A stretch of 64,000 nucleotides of DNA from Ferruginibacter sp. (GTDB lineage: Bacteria > Bacteroidota > Bacteroidia > Chitinophagales > Chitinophagaceae), in NCBI GenBank assembly GCA_043757165.1, contig JAYVPT010000040.1:60786-124785 (forward strand), written 5' to 3'. This document shows, piece by piece, positions 18,605 to 30,110 of the stretch (within the stretch, counting starts at the first letter, position 1; each line of letters opens with the position of its first letter). The translations under genes and the position numbers were made by a program. The notes under the pieces were generated by a model, which ran no database searches, was not told the DNA's origin, and saw nothing but the letters and a program-made list of their open reading frames with translations.

Positions 18605-19183
18605 TTACTTAGGAAAAACCATCCGGTAATCCACCTTTATTTTCCCTTTGGATATATCGTTGAGTTTTCCCTGTAGTAATTTTCGTTTTAAAGGCTTTAT
18701 ATGATCGATAAATAATTTACCATTAATATGATCGTATTCATGCAGGATAACACGGGCAGTAATACCATTAAAGGTTTTTACATAGTGATTAAATTTTTCA
18801 TCATCATACTCCAGCGTTACTTCTTCTTCCCGGTTTATATCTTCCCTTATTTTTGGAATGCTGAGGCAGCCTTCGTTATAAATCCAGGGTTCTCCATTTA
18901 ATTCTTTAATGTGTGCATTTATAAATACACCTTTATAGCCCGGGTCATCTGGGTAGTTTAATTCTTCATCCTCATCTTTATTGGCAAAGATCTGTTCGCT
19001 GTCCATTACAAATAAACGGATGGCTGCATTAATTTGTGGTGCAGCTAATCCAACGCCATTACTATTGTACATGGTTTCCCACATATCAGCAATCAGCTTT
19101 TCCAAACCGGGATAACCTGCATCAATATCACTGCAAACTTTTCTTAAAACTGGTGCGCCGTAGGCTACTATCGGTAAAATCAT
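18605..19183 (-). CDS. def: Peptide deformylase
   Basis: GVGLAAPQ, EGCLSIP and HEYDH motifs. Confidence 0.97.
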   Translation of the reverse strand: MILPIVAYGAPVLRKVCSDIDAGYPGLEKLIADMWETMYNSNGVGLAAPQINAAIRLFVMDSEQIFANKDEDEELNYPDDPGYKGVFINAHIKELNGEPWIYNEGCLSIPKIREDINREEEVTLEYDDEKFNHYVKTFNGITARVILHEYDHINGKLFIDHIKPLKRKLLQGKLNDISKGKIKVDYRMVFPK

Positions 19184-19251
19184 GAAAATACTTAATTGTT
19201 GTATGCAAAATTAACTGAAATCAACAAAGTAACCATTTAACGGTTGAACAA

Positions 19252-19665
19252 TTATTGTACAGATTGTAAATATTCCTGCAGAATTATGGTGGCGGCAATC
19301 AGGTCAACATTGCTTTTCACCCGCCTGTCTTTTTTCTTCATGCCCATTTCCAGCATGGCATCTTTTGCCATTTTTGAAGTGTACCGTTCATCAACAGTTT
19401 TTAAAGGCATTGCAGGGAATTCTTTTTCTATTTTTTTTATTGCGGCTTTAACTAAAGGTGTTCCGTGTGTATCTGTTTCATCCCAGTTTAAAGGCATGCC
19501 AATAATTATTAATTCTACCTGTTGGGTAGAGAAATATTTTTTTAAAAAAGGAATCAGTTCTTTTGAATCAATAGTAGTTAACCCTGTGGCAATAATCTGC
19601 AATGGATCGGTTACTGCCAACCCGGTTCGTTTACCGCCATAATCAATTGCAAGAATACGTGCCAC
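19252..19665 (-). CDS. ruvX: Holliday junction resolvase-like / pre-16S rRNA nuclease YqgF
   Basis: ILAIDYGGKRTGLAVTDP, VDERYTS and VDLIAATIILQEYL motifs. Confidence 0.95.
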   Translation of the reverse strand: MARILAIDYGGKRTGLAVTDPLQIIATGLTTIDSKELIPFLKKYFSTQQVELIIIGMPLNWDETDTHGTPLVKAAIKKIEKEFPAMPLKTVDERYTSKMAKDAMLEMGMKKKDRRVKSNVDLIAATIILQEYLQSVQ

Positions 19666-19699
19666 TGTAGGTTAATTTGAGTATTATTAATTCGTGTAA

Positions 19700-20596
19700 T
19701 CAACTTAAAAACAGATCCAGTAAAACAAAAACAGCAAATACAACAGATGCAATACCATTGGTAGTAAAGAATGCCATATTTACTTTGCCCAGATCATTTG
19801 GTTTTACTAAGATATGCTGATAGATCAATAAGCCAATAAATACTGCCACACCACACCAGTACCAAAAACCAAAGTGACCATATACACCGGCGTATACAAC
19901 GCAGGATGCAGAAAGCAGGTGCAGTAATTCGGAAATACGAAGGGCTTTTGTTTTGCCAACCGCAGCAGGTATGGAGTGTAACTGGTATTGCTTATCAAAA
20001 TCTTCATCCTGCAAGGCATAAATAATATCAAAGCCACTTACCCAGCATAAAACGGTAATAGAAAAAAGTATGGGCAGCAAACTGAATTGACCTGTTACAG
20101 CAATATATGCACCAATGGGAGCAAGGCTTAATCCCACACCTAAAACCAAATGACATAATGCGGTAAAGCGCTTGGTATAACTGTAAAATAAAATTATAAA
20201 CAGTGCCACTGGTGATAGATAAAAACAAAGACTGTTGATGAAGAAAGTACAGGCGATAAATAAAACACAGTTAACAATGGTAAACAGTAATGCATTGTTT
20301 GATTGTATTACACCAGCCGGTATTTCTCTTACTGCTGTACGTGGATTGAGTGCATCATATTTAGCATCGAGCCAGCGGTTGAAAGCCATTGCGGCTGAAC
20401 GGGCAAATATCATGCAAAGGATAACAAGAGCAAATGTTCTAAGCAAATCTAGTTTTTCTATAAAAGCCACTAATCCTGTAATAGAAGGAGTTGATAGATA
20501 TGTTATTCCTAAAAAAAATCCGATCAATGCAAAAGGCATTGCAAAAATGGTATGTGAAAATTTTACAAGAGAGAGATAGTTTTTAATACGGCTCAT
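19700..20596 (-). CDS. UbiA-family polyprenyltransferase (MqnP-like)
   Basis: VKFSHTIFAMPFA, ARSAAMAFNRWLDAKYDALNPRT and GFDIIYALQDEDFD motifs. Confidence 0.9.
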   Translation of the reverse strand: MSRIKNYLSLVKFSHTIFAMPFALIGFFLGITYLSTPSITGLVAFIEKLDLLRTFALVILCMIFARSAAMAFNRWLDAKYDALNPRTAVREIPAGVIQSNNALLFTIVNCVLFIACTFFINSLCFYLSPVALFIILFYSYTKRFTALCHLVLGVGLSLAPIGAYIAVTGQFSLLPILFSITVLCWVSGFDIIYALQDEDFDKQYQLHSIPAAVGKTKALRISELLHLLSASCVVYAGVYGHFGFWYWCGVAVFIGLLIYQHILVKPNDLGKVNMAFFTTNGIASVVFAVFVLLDLFLS

Positions 20597-20950
20597 GGGT
20601 GCAAAGATATGGTCGCTTTTAAGACTACAGGCAATATAAAAATTCGATTATCGGCTTTTACAAGCAGAAATTGTTGACCAAAAGTAAAGTGATCGTAAAA
20701 TTATTATTACTTAAATTAATTATATTAAAATATACTGTTTTGTAAAATTGATAAAAATAATATTAATAATACTGAAAAGGCCGATGATGCCCATTAAAAT
20801 ATTATCTATATTATTTGTTAATTTCGAATGAAGTTTATAGCTTTGTCATTCCTCGTTATGGATAAAATTCACCAGCAATTGAGGGCAAACTCCCGCTATC
20901 TCTGATTTTTTTAACCATATATTGCATTGCAATAAACAAATCAATAAATA

Positions 20951-22048
20951 ATGAAACAATCTCTACTCTTAATTCTTACCTTATGTACCGCATTTGGCGT
21001 AAGGTCTCAAAATCTTATTGTAAACTCAAATATGAGCGGATGGTCTGGTGATTGGACTGGAGGAGCCTGTACTGCTGAAACTGGCTTTACCGAAGATAAT
21101 TATGGCGGGCCGAGTACTACTAACAAGGTTGCAGAAGTTGACTTTTTGGCCTGTATGCAACAAACTATTGGCATTTCTACAGGAACTGCCTATACCATTA
21201 CTTTTAAGGCTCTCCGTAGAACAAATTGTTTTCCTACTCTTCCTCTTAACCCAGGTATCAATGTTAAAGTAACAGGTGTAACTACAAGTACTGTTTATTC
21301 AAATGTAAACTATCATTATAATAATCCTGATGATCCGGCTCCACCGGCAGGATGGCCAGGATATACTACTCAAAATCAGACCTTTTTTGTTTCAGGTGCT
21401 GATGCTCAGGTAAGGCTTGAAATAACTCCTATTGATAATACTGATGGTTGTGGAATTGTAATGGATGATATAACAATGGTTGCATCAGGGTCTTTACCGG
21501 TAAACCTTGTCTCTTTTAATGCAGCTGCAAAAAATTCTACAGTTGATTTAACCTGGACAACAAACAATGAAACAAATAATGATTATTTTGTGGTTTACCG
21601 TTCAAAAAACGGAGCAGGTTTTGATGAGATAGGAAGAGTTACTGCTACTGGATTTGCCAGTGGTGTCACTTATAATTTAAATGATGCACAACCGGCAAAC
21701 GGGGTTAATTATTACCGTTTAAGGCAGGTGGATAAAAACGGAGCATCGAAATATTCCGGAATAATTAAAGCCAGCCTTGCTTCAAAAAACTTAGATATTT
21801 TTGTTTACCCAACTATAATAGCTGGTGACGTTCTGAATTACGTGGTTGAAAATCCTAAGGCAGAAAAATTAAGTGTGATGGTAAGTGATATAAGTGGTAA
21901 AAGAATCAGCAACAGTATTGTGAATTTTACTGCGGGAACCACACAAAAATCTATTAATGTTAGCAGCCTGGCTTCAGGGGTTTATTTACTTACAGTTTCT
22001 GATGCAAATAATACTTTTAAAAAATCGGTAACGTTTAAAAAGAACTAA
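20951..22048 (+). CDS. Secreted protein with a T9SS type A C-terminal domain and an N-terminal jelly-roll (CBM-like) domain
   Basis: Signal peptide, LPVNLVSFNA Ig-like domain and CTD VYPT...LASGVYLLTV...FKK. Confidence 0.88.
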   Translation: MKQSLLLILTLCTAFGVRSQNLIVNSNMSGWSGDWTGGACTAETGFTEDNYGGPSTTNKVAEVDFLACMQQTIGISTGTAYTITFKALRRTNCFPTLPLNPGINVKVTGVTTSTVYSNVNYHYNNPDDPAPPAGWPGYTTQNQTFFVSGADAQVRLEITPIDNTDGCGIVMDDITMVASGSLPVNLVSFNAAAKNSTVDLTWTTNNETNNDYFVVYRSKNGAGFDEIGRVTATGFASGVTYNLNDAQPANGVNYYRLRQVDKNGASKYSGIIKASLASKNLDIFVYPTIIAGDVLNYVVENPKAEKLSVMVSDISGKRISNSIVNFTAGTTQKSINVSSLASGVYLLTVSDANNTFKKSVTFKKN

Positions 22049-22069
22049 ACATAACCTGTTATATAATTT

Positions 22070-22103
22070 AAACAGCCATAGATTTTTCTATGGCTGTTTT
22101 TTT
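22070..22103. terminator. Bidirectional terminator
   Basis: AAACAGCCATAGA/TCTATGGCTGTTT stem plus T-run. Confidence 0.8.
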
Positions 22104-22127
22104 ATTGGTAGTCAGTTCTATATTTTG

Positions 22128-22676
22128 TTATACGGTTTTTCTTAAACGGGTTCTTACAATTTCCCACAAGACAACTCCGGCCGCAGTGGCAATATTTAAA
22201 GAATGTTTCATACCCAGCTGCGGAATTTCAATACAGCCGTCACATTGTTCAATTGTTGACTGTTCCACCCCGATTACTTCGTTGCCAAAGATGAAAGCTA
22301 CTTTTTCATTAGTATTGGTAGAGAGCTTCTCTAAAGAAATGCTGTTTAACGCCTGCTCAACAGCATATACTTTATAACCGTTTTGTTTTAATATTGAAAT
22401 GGCTTCAGTGGTATTGGCAAAATGTTTCCAGTCCACAGTTTCTTCTGCACCTAAAGCAGTTTTTTTTATTTCTTTATGAGGTGGTATACAGGTGTAGCCT
22501 GTAATGTAAATAGCTTCTAATAAAAAAGCATCTGCGGTACGAAATACGCTGCCCACATTATAAGCACTGCGGATATTTTCCAATACTGCAATTACAGGTG
22601 TTTTTTCAGAACGCTTGAACTCATCTACCGATTTACGGTTAAGTTCGTCCATTGAAAGTTTTATATTTTCTACCAC
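22128..22676 (-). CDS. TrmH/SpoU-family RNA 2'-O-methyltransferase (GTG start; ATG 22652 is an alternative)
   Basis: VLENIRSAYNVGSVFRTADAF, FGNEVIG and HSLNIA motifs. Confidence 0.92.
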   Translation of the reverse strand: MVENIKLSMDELNRKSVDEFKRSEKTPVIAVLENIRSAYNVGSVFRTADAFLLEAIYITGYTCIPPHKEIKKTALGAEETVDWKHFANTTEAISILKQNGYKVYAVEQALNSISLEKLSTNTNEKVAFIFGNEVIGVEQSTIEQCDGCIEIPQLGMKHSLNIATAAGVVLWEIVRTRLRKTV

Positions 22677-22877
22677 AGATTACACGATTAACACGGAAAA
22701 ATACAATCACCGTTTGAATTGCTAAATAGTTTTTGAATTGAAAGCGATGAACAAAGGTATGCCGTACAAGGGAGTGACACAACGATGCTGCTATGAAAAA
22801 CAAATGATTGTCAAATAAAAATGAATTAGTTTGAAAAACTAATTAAAAAAATCTGTGCAAATCTGTGTAATCCGTGG
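22673..22877. repeat. Inverted-repeat-bounded (REP/MITE-like) element
   Basis: Arms 22673-22697 and 22852-22877 match at 21 of 26 aligned columns and are built from CACAGATT-like units. Confidence 0.6.
22752..22795. repeat. Dispersed promoter-bearing repeat, copy A
   Basis: caaaggta-tgccgtacaagggagtgaca-caacgatgctgctatg; 26/32 identical to copy B over the core. Confidence 0.7.
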
Positions 22878-22883
22878 CAAAAC

Positions 22884-24542
<1,659 letters not shown>

Positions 24543-24871
24543 TTATAAAGTAATTAATTAAATTTTATTTTTTTTGGGACGGGCTGCAAAATAAAAATCA
24601 TCATCGTTGCGAACTTTGTTCTGTTCTTATTTTCTTTTAGTACAAGGAAATAAGAATCACACTTGAACTATATTCCGATATTCAACAAAGCGAACCAACA
24701 ATAACAAATAAAATGCTTAAAAAACTGATTGTTTAATCCTATCCTTAAGTGACCAGAGGAAGAAATTTGAAAAGGAACTCCGAGAGGTCGTGTAAAGATA
24801 GGGCGATTATTTGGGAGGAGGAAATTTGAAGGAAAGATTGTGGAAAAATGGTAAAATTGCTTATAATTCAC

Positions 24872-25939
24872 ATGATGAGAACTTTAATTGTAATCCTTTT
24901 ATTTATTCCGGTTATAGCTTTTTCCCAGCATGTAAAGCCTGATGTTACAAATCCGGATGGCCTGCCGGAAAAGAAATTTGATCTTTCGGTTAAAAAAATT
25001 GCCCCGGGAGAAATCAAGTTTCCTTTCTCATCAATTAAAATTATAGATAACCGGTTTGATACCTCAAAACTTGGTTTTGTTCCCGTTTACCAACTTATAG
25101 CCAATAAAAAAACTGTTGGAAGAAAAATGATATTTAAAAATGGCATTGCCCCTGCATTAGAAAAATATTATAATGAATTTTATCAAAATGCATTTACAAG
25201 CGGTGATATTAAACTTTTAATTGTTTTAAAAAAATTTTGGTTCTCAGGAATTGACAATGAGAAGAACAGGGAATTCGACATTTTACAAAATGGAAAGTCC
25301 CGAAGTTTTCTATACTGCAAATGGGAGTATTATTTTATTAAAGGTGATGTATTTATGCCGGTACAACGAATAGATACGGTTATAAATGGAGTAACTTTTG
25401 AATCAGAAATTAATGAAAATAGATTTAGGACTAACAAGAAGATTTTTAAACTAATTTTAAATGGATTACTTGAAGTGTTTGATTTTAATGCTGCATTAAG
25501 TAAAATAGAAAAATTACCTAAAAAGACATGGGCTGATATTCAACAATACAATGCATCTTATTATAATATCCGGGTGTTAAAAGATAGTGTATTGCAGAAA
25601 GGAGTGTATAAGAATTTCAATGAGTTTAAAAATAACACGCCTTCAATTGTAAATTTTAAAGAGGAAAAAATTCGGATCAGGTTAAACCAATATGAAAATT
25701 ATATTGAAGATTATAAAGGAAACCGGATAACAAATTATTGGGGATATTTTACTGGCGTAGCATTGAAGATTGGTAAATATGGAAATGAAAAGGTATACCG
25801 CAAAAACAATACATTTGAATTTTTTATTCAACAACAATACCTTCAGAATAATATTGATTTATTTGGCGGGAATAATTATAAAGAAAAAGAAGTTTGGATT
25901 CCTTACCAAATAGATATGGAAAACGGCTTAATTTATTAA
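24872..25939 (+). CDS. Hypothetical secreted protein (AT-rich)
   Basis: Signal peptide MMRTLIVILLFIPVIAFSQ; overlaps the proC stop by 4 nt (convergent). Confidence 0.7.
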   Translation: MMRTLIVILLFIPVIAFSQHVKPDVTNPDGLPEKKFDLSVKKIAPGEIKFPFSSIKIIDNRFDTSKLGFVPVYQLIANKKTVGRKMIFKNGIAPALEKYYNEFYQNAFTSGDIKLLIVLKKFWFSGIDNEKNREFDILQNGKSRSFLYCKWEYYFIKGDVFMPVQRIDTVINGVTFESEINENRFRTNKKIFKLILNGLLEVFDFNAALSKIEKLPKKTWADIQQYNASYYNIRVLKDSVLQKGVYKNFNEFKNNTPSIVNFKEEKIRIRLNQYENYIEDYKGNRITNYWGYFTGVALKIGKYGNEKVYRKNNTFEFFIQQQYLQNNIDLFGGNNYKEKEVWIPYQIDMENGLIY

Positions 25940-26724
25940 CCCTTCACAATCTTATTATAACTTGTAGCAATTCCTTTTATCAGCGAAGAACTGAATCCCT
26001 GGTGTTCCATTTCATTTAAGCCGGCAATAGTGCAGCCTTTTGGGGTGGTTACTTTATCAATCTCCTGTTCGGGGTGAGTACCTTTTTGTAATAATAATTC
26101 GGCAGCGCCTTTTACAGTTTGTGCAGCAATAAGGCTTGCCGTTAATGCACTAAAACCAATTTCGATACCGCCTTGTATATTGGCACGTATATAACGCATG
26201 GCATAGGCTGTGCCGCATGCACCTAATACAGTTGCGGCATCCATCAGTTTGTCTTCTATCATGGTAACCTTTCCCACAGTTTCAAAAAGCTGCTTAACAA
26301 ATTGTATTTGTGCAGCGGTTGCATTGGTATGACTGATGCAGGTCATACTCTGTTGTATGGCAATGGCTGTGTTGGGCATGGCACGGAAAAGCGGGATTTT
26401 CTTTTTGGTCATTTCTGCAAGATCGGTTAATGATACGCCGGTGATTACTGAAACTAACACATGTTTTGCAGTCAGGTCTTTTCTTAAACCTGCAATTACT
26501 TCTGCCACCTGGAAGGGTTTAACAGCTAATAATACAAGTTCGCTTTTTTTAACCGCTTCATTATTATTGGCAGTAACATGTACGCCTTTATCGCTAAGGT
26601 TTTTTAACGTTGCAATATTTCTTTTGGTAATAGTAATATCTGCTGCTTTACAGAATTTACTGGTTAATAAACCTTCGGCAATGGCAGTGCCTAAATTACC
26701 GCCGCCAATTATTGCTATTTTCAT
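25936..26724 (-). CDS. proC: Pyrroline-5-carboxylate reductase
   Basis: IAIIGGGNLG, RAMPNTA and VTTPKGCTIAGL motifs. Confidence 0.96.
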   Translation of the reverse strand: MKIAIIGGGNLGTAIAEGLLTSKFCKAADITITKRNIATLKNLSDKGVHVTANNNEAVKKSELVLLAVKPFQVAEVIAGLRKDLTAKHVLVSVITGVSLTDLAEMTKKKIPLFRAMPNTAIAIQQSMTCISHTNATAAQIQFVKQLFETVGKVTMIEDKLMDAATVLGACGTAYAMRYIRANIQGGIEIGFSALTASLIAAQTVKGAAELLLQKGTHPEQEIDKVTTPKGCTIAGLNEMEHQGFSSSLIKGIATSYNKIVKG

Positions 26725-26725
26725 G

Positions 26726-27745
26726 TTAGTAGTATAAATTTTTACTTAAATAATGTCGCACATAATCATCCACGCCTTCTTCTAACGAATAAAATTGATG
26801 ATTATACCCGGCGTGATGCAACTTTGTCATTGATGCTTCGGTAAAGTACTGGTATTTATCACGGATGTCTTCGGGCATATCAATAAATTCAATTACAGGC
26901 TCAATATCCAGTCCTGTAAAAGTAGCTTTTACCAGATCATTAAAACTTCTTGCTTTGCCGGTTCCCAAATTATAAATACCATTTGATACTTTCATAAGGC
27001 TGGTGGAAATTTTATTGGTTTCCTGCATCAACCAGTAACAAACACTGATAACATCTTTTACATAAATAAAATCACGTAGTTGTTCACCATCTTTAAATCC
27101 TTCTTTATGCGACTTGAATAATTTTACTTTTCCGTTTTCCTGTATCTGGTTAAAAGAATGAAAGATAACACTGGCCATCCTTGCTTTATGATATTCGTTG
27201 GGACCATACACATTAAAAAACTTAAGGCCTGCCCAAAACGGCGGACAAAAATTTTCATTCTCTGCTTGATGAACAGCCCATTTGTCAAATTCGTTTTTAG
27301 AAATGCCATAAGGGTTTAAAGGCTTCAGGGTTTCAACTACATAATGATTGTCAACATAGCCATATTCTCCTGCGCCATAAGTTGCAGCCGATGAAGCATA
27401 AACCAACGGTATTTTATTAAGGGTGCAATAGTTCCATATCTTTTGCGAATAGGCAACATTTAAATACTGGTGAATGCTGTAATCAAATTCAGCTGTATCT
27501 GTTCTTGCACCAAGATGAAAAACAAAATCAACTTTTATTTTTTCTTTATCGATCCATTCGAAAAAATTTTCCCTTTCCACTCTTGCAAAATATTTTTTAT
27601 GCAGCAGATTTAATTCTTTATCATCTTCGTCAAATTCATCAACCAAAATTAAGTTTTTAAAACCCTGTTGGTTTAGATAACTAACCATACAGCTTCCAAT
27701 GAAGCCTGCGGCGCCTGTAACAATAATTGTAGAATTTGTATCCAT
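26726..27745 (-). CDS. rfaD: ADP-L-glycero-D-manno-heptose 6-epimerase
   Basis: VTGAAGFIGS, YASSAATYG, PLNPYGISK, FFNVYGPNEYHKARMASV and RDFIYVKD motifs. Confidence 0.92.
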   Translation of the reverse strand: MDTNSTIIVTGAAGFIGSCMVSYLNQQGFKNLILVDEFDEDDKELNLLHKKYFARVERENFFEWIDKEKIKVDFVFHLGARTDTAEFDYSIHQYLNVAYSQKIWNYCTLNKIPLVYASSAATYGAGEYGYVDNHYVVETLKPLNPYGISKNEFDKWAVHQAENENFCPPFWAGLKFFNVYGPNEYHKARMASVIFHSFNQIQENGKVKLFKSHKEGFKDGEQLRDFIYVKDVISVCYWLMQETNKISTSLMKVSNGIYNLGTGKARSFNDLVKATFTGLDIEPVIEFIDMPEDIRDKYQYFTEASMTKLHHAGYNHQFYSLEEGVDDYVRHYLSKNLYY

Positions 27746-27751
27746 GTTTTT

Positions 27752-29998
27752 CTATAGAGCAGCTAAAGCATGTTCACTTTCATGCCCTGCTAATAAATTT
27801 CCAATAGCATTATCATATTTATCTTTCCAGTCAGTTACATTACCCCAACTTTCATTATCAATAATTATTTCACCAGCTGTTATATTTCCTAAAAATGTTA
27901 CCTCCAACGGTTCTAATTTTTCTAACAGTTGTACAAAATCGGGGCGTTTTTCTTTTGCTACCGAAACTACTATACGGCTCTGGCTTTCACCAAACCAAAA
28001 AGCATCTTTTCTTATTTCAGTATTCAAATTGGTTACTTTAAAACCTAAGTTATTATTAAAGCAACTTTCCATTAATGTTATAAACAAACCACCTTCACTT
28101 ACATCATGTGCCGATGCTATCAGTTTATGTGTGATCATTTTATGAATGGCTTTTTGCAAATTAAATTCTTCATCAAGGTCAAAATAAGGTGCTGGCGAAT
28201 ATTCCACACCACAAATTTTGTGCAAATATTCAGATGAGTTAATATCATTTCTTGCGATGCCTATTAAATAGATCTCATCATCGGATTCTTTAAAATTCAT
28301 CGTCATTTTATCATCTGCACAATCCAATAAACCTACCATGCCAATTGTAGGCGTTGGATATACTGCACCTTCGGGTCCCTGGTTATAAAAACTTACATTA
28401 CCCCCGGTAACAGGTGTATCAAACTTTACACAGGCTTCTCCCATTCCTTTAATAGCATTTACAAACTGGTAGTATACTTCGGGATCATAAGGGTTGCCAA
28501 AATTAAGACAGTTGGTAACACCTAAAGGCTGTCCGCCACTGCATATAATATTTCTTGCAGCTTCTGCAACAGCAATCATGGCACCTTTATATGGATCGGC
28601 AAAAACATAACGGCTGTTACAATCCGTTGTAAGTGCTAATGCTTTGTTAGTTGGCTTTGCAATTACAATAGCAGCATCACTTGGTGCATTGGTACTTGCA
28701 TTACCAGCACCCACCATACTATCATATTGTACATACACCCATTTTTTACTGGCAATATTTGGTATTTGAATTAACTGCTCTGCTATAGCTTTTAAATTTT
28801 CTGCAACATGAATTGTTGCAATATCAAATGCTTTTATCTTTTCAAAATATTTTGGTTTGGTATATTCCCTGCTGTTTTGAGGAGCGCCACCGCCCAGTAC
28901 TAATTCATAAGCCGGTAACGCTGCTTCTAAAACGCCATTCATATAAAAAAGTAACAAGCCATCGTCTGTTACTTCACCAATCTCACTGCAGGGCAGGTCC
29001 CATTTTTCAAAAACATCCAGCACTGCTTTTTCTTTTCCTTTTTCCACCACCATCAACATCCGTTCCTGGCTTTCGCTTAATAATAATTCCCAGGCCTTCA
29101 TATTTTTTTGGCGTGTGGGTACTTTATCCAGATCAATACGCATGCCCATTTCTCCTTTAGCACTCATTTCGCTGGTGCTGCAAATTATACCTGCAGCTCC
29201 CATATCCTGCATACCAACCACTGCGCCAGTCGTCATCACTTCAAGGCAGGCTTCCAATAATTTTTTTTCCTGGAAGGGATCGCCTACCTGCACTGCAGGA
29301 AGATCTTCTGCACTATCAGCTGTAATATCTGCACTGGCAAAACTTGCACCACCAATACCATCTTTACCTGTTGCACTACCTACAAAAAAAACAGGATTGC
29401 CTTTTACTGTTCCTGATGTTGCAGAAATGGTTTCACCATTTTTTAAAATACCCACACTCATCGCATTTACTAATGGATTGGTATGATAGCAATCTTCAAA
29501 ATACACTTCGCCGCCAACAGTTGGTACACCAAAGCAATTACCATAATGGCCAATGCCATGTACCACACCAGCCAAAAGATGTTGTGTTTTTGCTTCCCTC
29601 AAATTTCCAAAACGCAAACTATTTAATGATGCAATGGGCCTTGCACCCATGGTAAAAATATCCCTGTTAATTCCACCAACACCAGTTGCTGCACCCTGGA
29701 AAGGTTCAATGGCAGAAGGATGATTGTGACTTTCAATTTTAAAAACCACACCGTAGCCGCCACCAATATCCATAAGTCCGGCATTTTCTTCACCGGCTTT
29801 TACCAACATTTTTTTTCCATCACGGGGTAAGGTTTTTAACCATTTAATAGAATTTTTATAACTGCAATGTTCACTCCACATGGCACTGAAACAGCAGAGC
29901 TCTGTAAAGTTGGGAGTACGCCCCAGTTTTTGTTTTATTAATTCAAATTCTTCTGCTGTAATGCGTAATTGTGCTGCAGTCTTTACTGTTATTTCCAT
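27752..29998 (-). CDS. purL: Phosphoribosylformylglycinamidine synthase subunit PurL (small type)
   Basis: MWSEHCSYK, KIESHNHPSAIEPFQGAATGVGG and DMGAAG motifs. Start moved to ATG 29998. Confidence 0.97.
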   Translation of the reverse strand: MEITVKTAAQLRITAEEFELIKQKLGRTPNFTELCCFSAMWSEHCSYKNSIKWLKTLPRDGKKMLVKAGEENAGLMDIGGGYGVVFKIESHNHPSAIEPFQGAATGVGGINRDIFTMGARPIASLNSLRFGNLREAKTQHLLAGVVHGIGHYGNCFGVPTVGGEVYFEDCYHTNPLVNAMSVGILKNGETISATSGTVKGNPVFFVGSATGKDGIGGASFASADITADSAEDLPAVQVGDPFQEKKLLEACLEVMTTGAVVGMQDMGAAGIICSTSEMSAKGEMGMRIDLDKVPTRQKNMKAWELLLSESQERMLMVVEKGKEKAVLDVFEKWDLPCSEIGEVTDDGLLLFYMNGVLEAALPAYELVLGGGAPQNSREYTKPKYFEKIKAFDIATIHVAENLKAIAEQLIQIPNIASKKWVYVQYDSMVGAGNASTNAPSDAAIVIAKPTNKALALTTDCNSRYVFADPYKGAMIAVAEAARNIICSGGQPLGVTNCLNFGNPYDPEVYYQFVNAIKGMGEACVKFDTPVTGGNVSFYNQGPEGAVYPTPTIGMVGLLDCADDKMTMNFKESDDEIYLIGIARNDINSSEYLHKICGVEYSPAPYFDLDEEFNLQKAIHKMITHKLIASAHDVSEGGLFITLMESCFNNNLGFKVTNLNTEIRKDAFWFGESQSRIVVSVAKEKRPDFVQLLEKLEPLEVTFLGNITAGEIIIDNESWGNVTDWKDKYDNAIGNLLAGHESEHALAAL

Positions 29999-30110
29999 AA
30001 AATGAAGTGGCGAAATTGTTTGAAAGTGCAAAGGTAACGCCCTGATACTTTATTACAGTAGATGGAAAGTAAATATTTTAACTATCTTCCCACATCGAAA
30101 ATTTAATGCA

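Noticed and set aside
20858-20905. 15-codon uORF (MDKIHQQLRANSRYL) before the T9SS type A gene
   Set aside because: No amino-acid bias, attenuator structure or good initiation context.
24755-24850. Purine-rich stretch with an imperfect GGA(A/G)GAAATTTGAA direct repeat
   Set aside because: No recognisable coding remnant or fold, and only two short copies.
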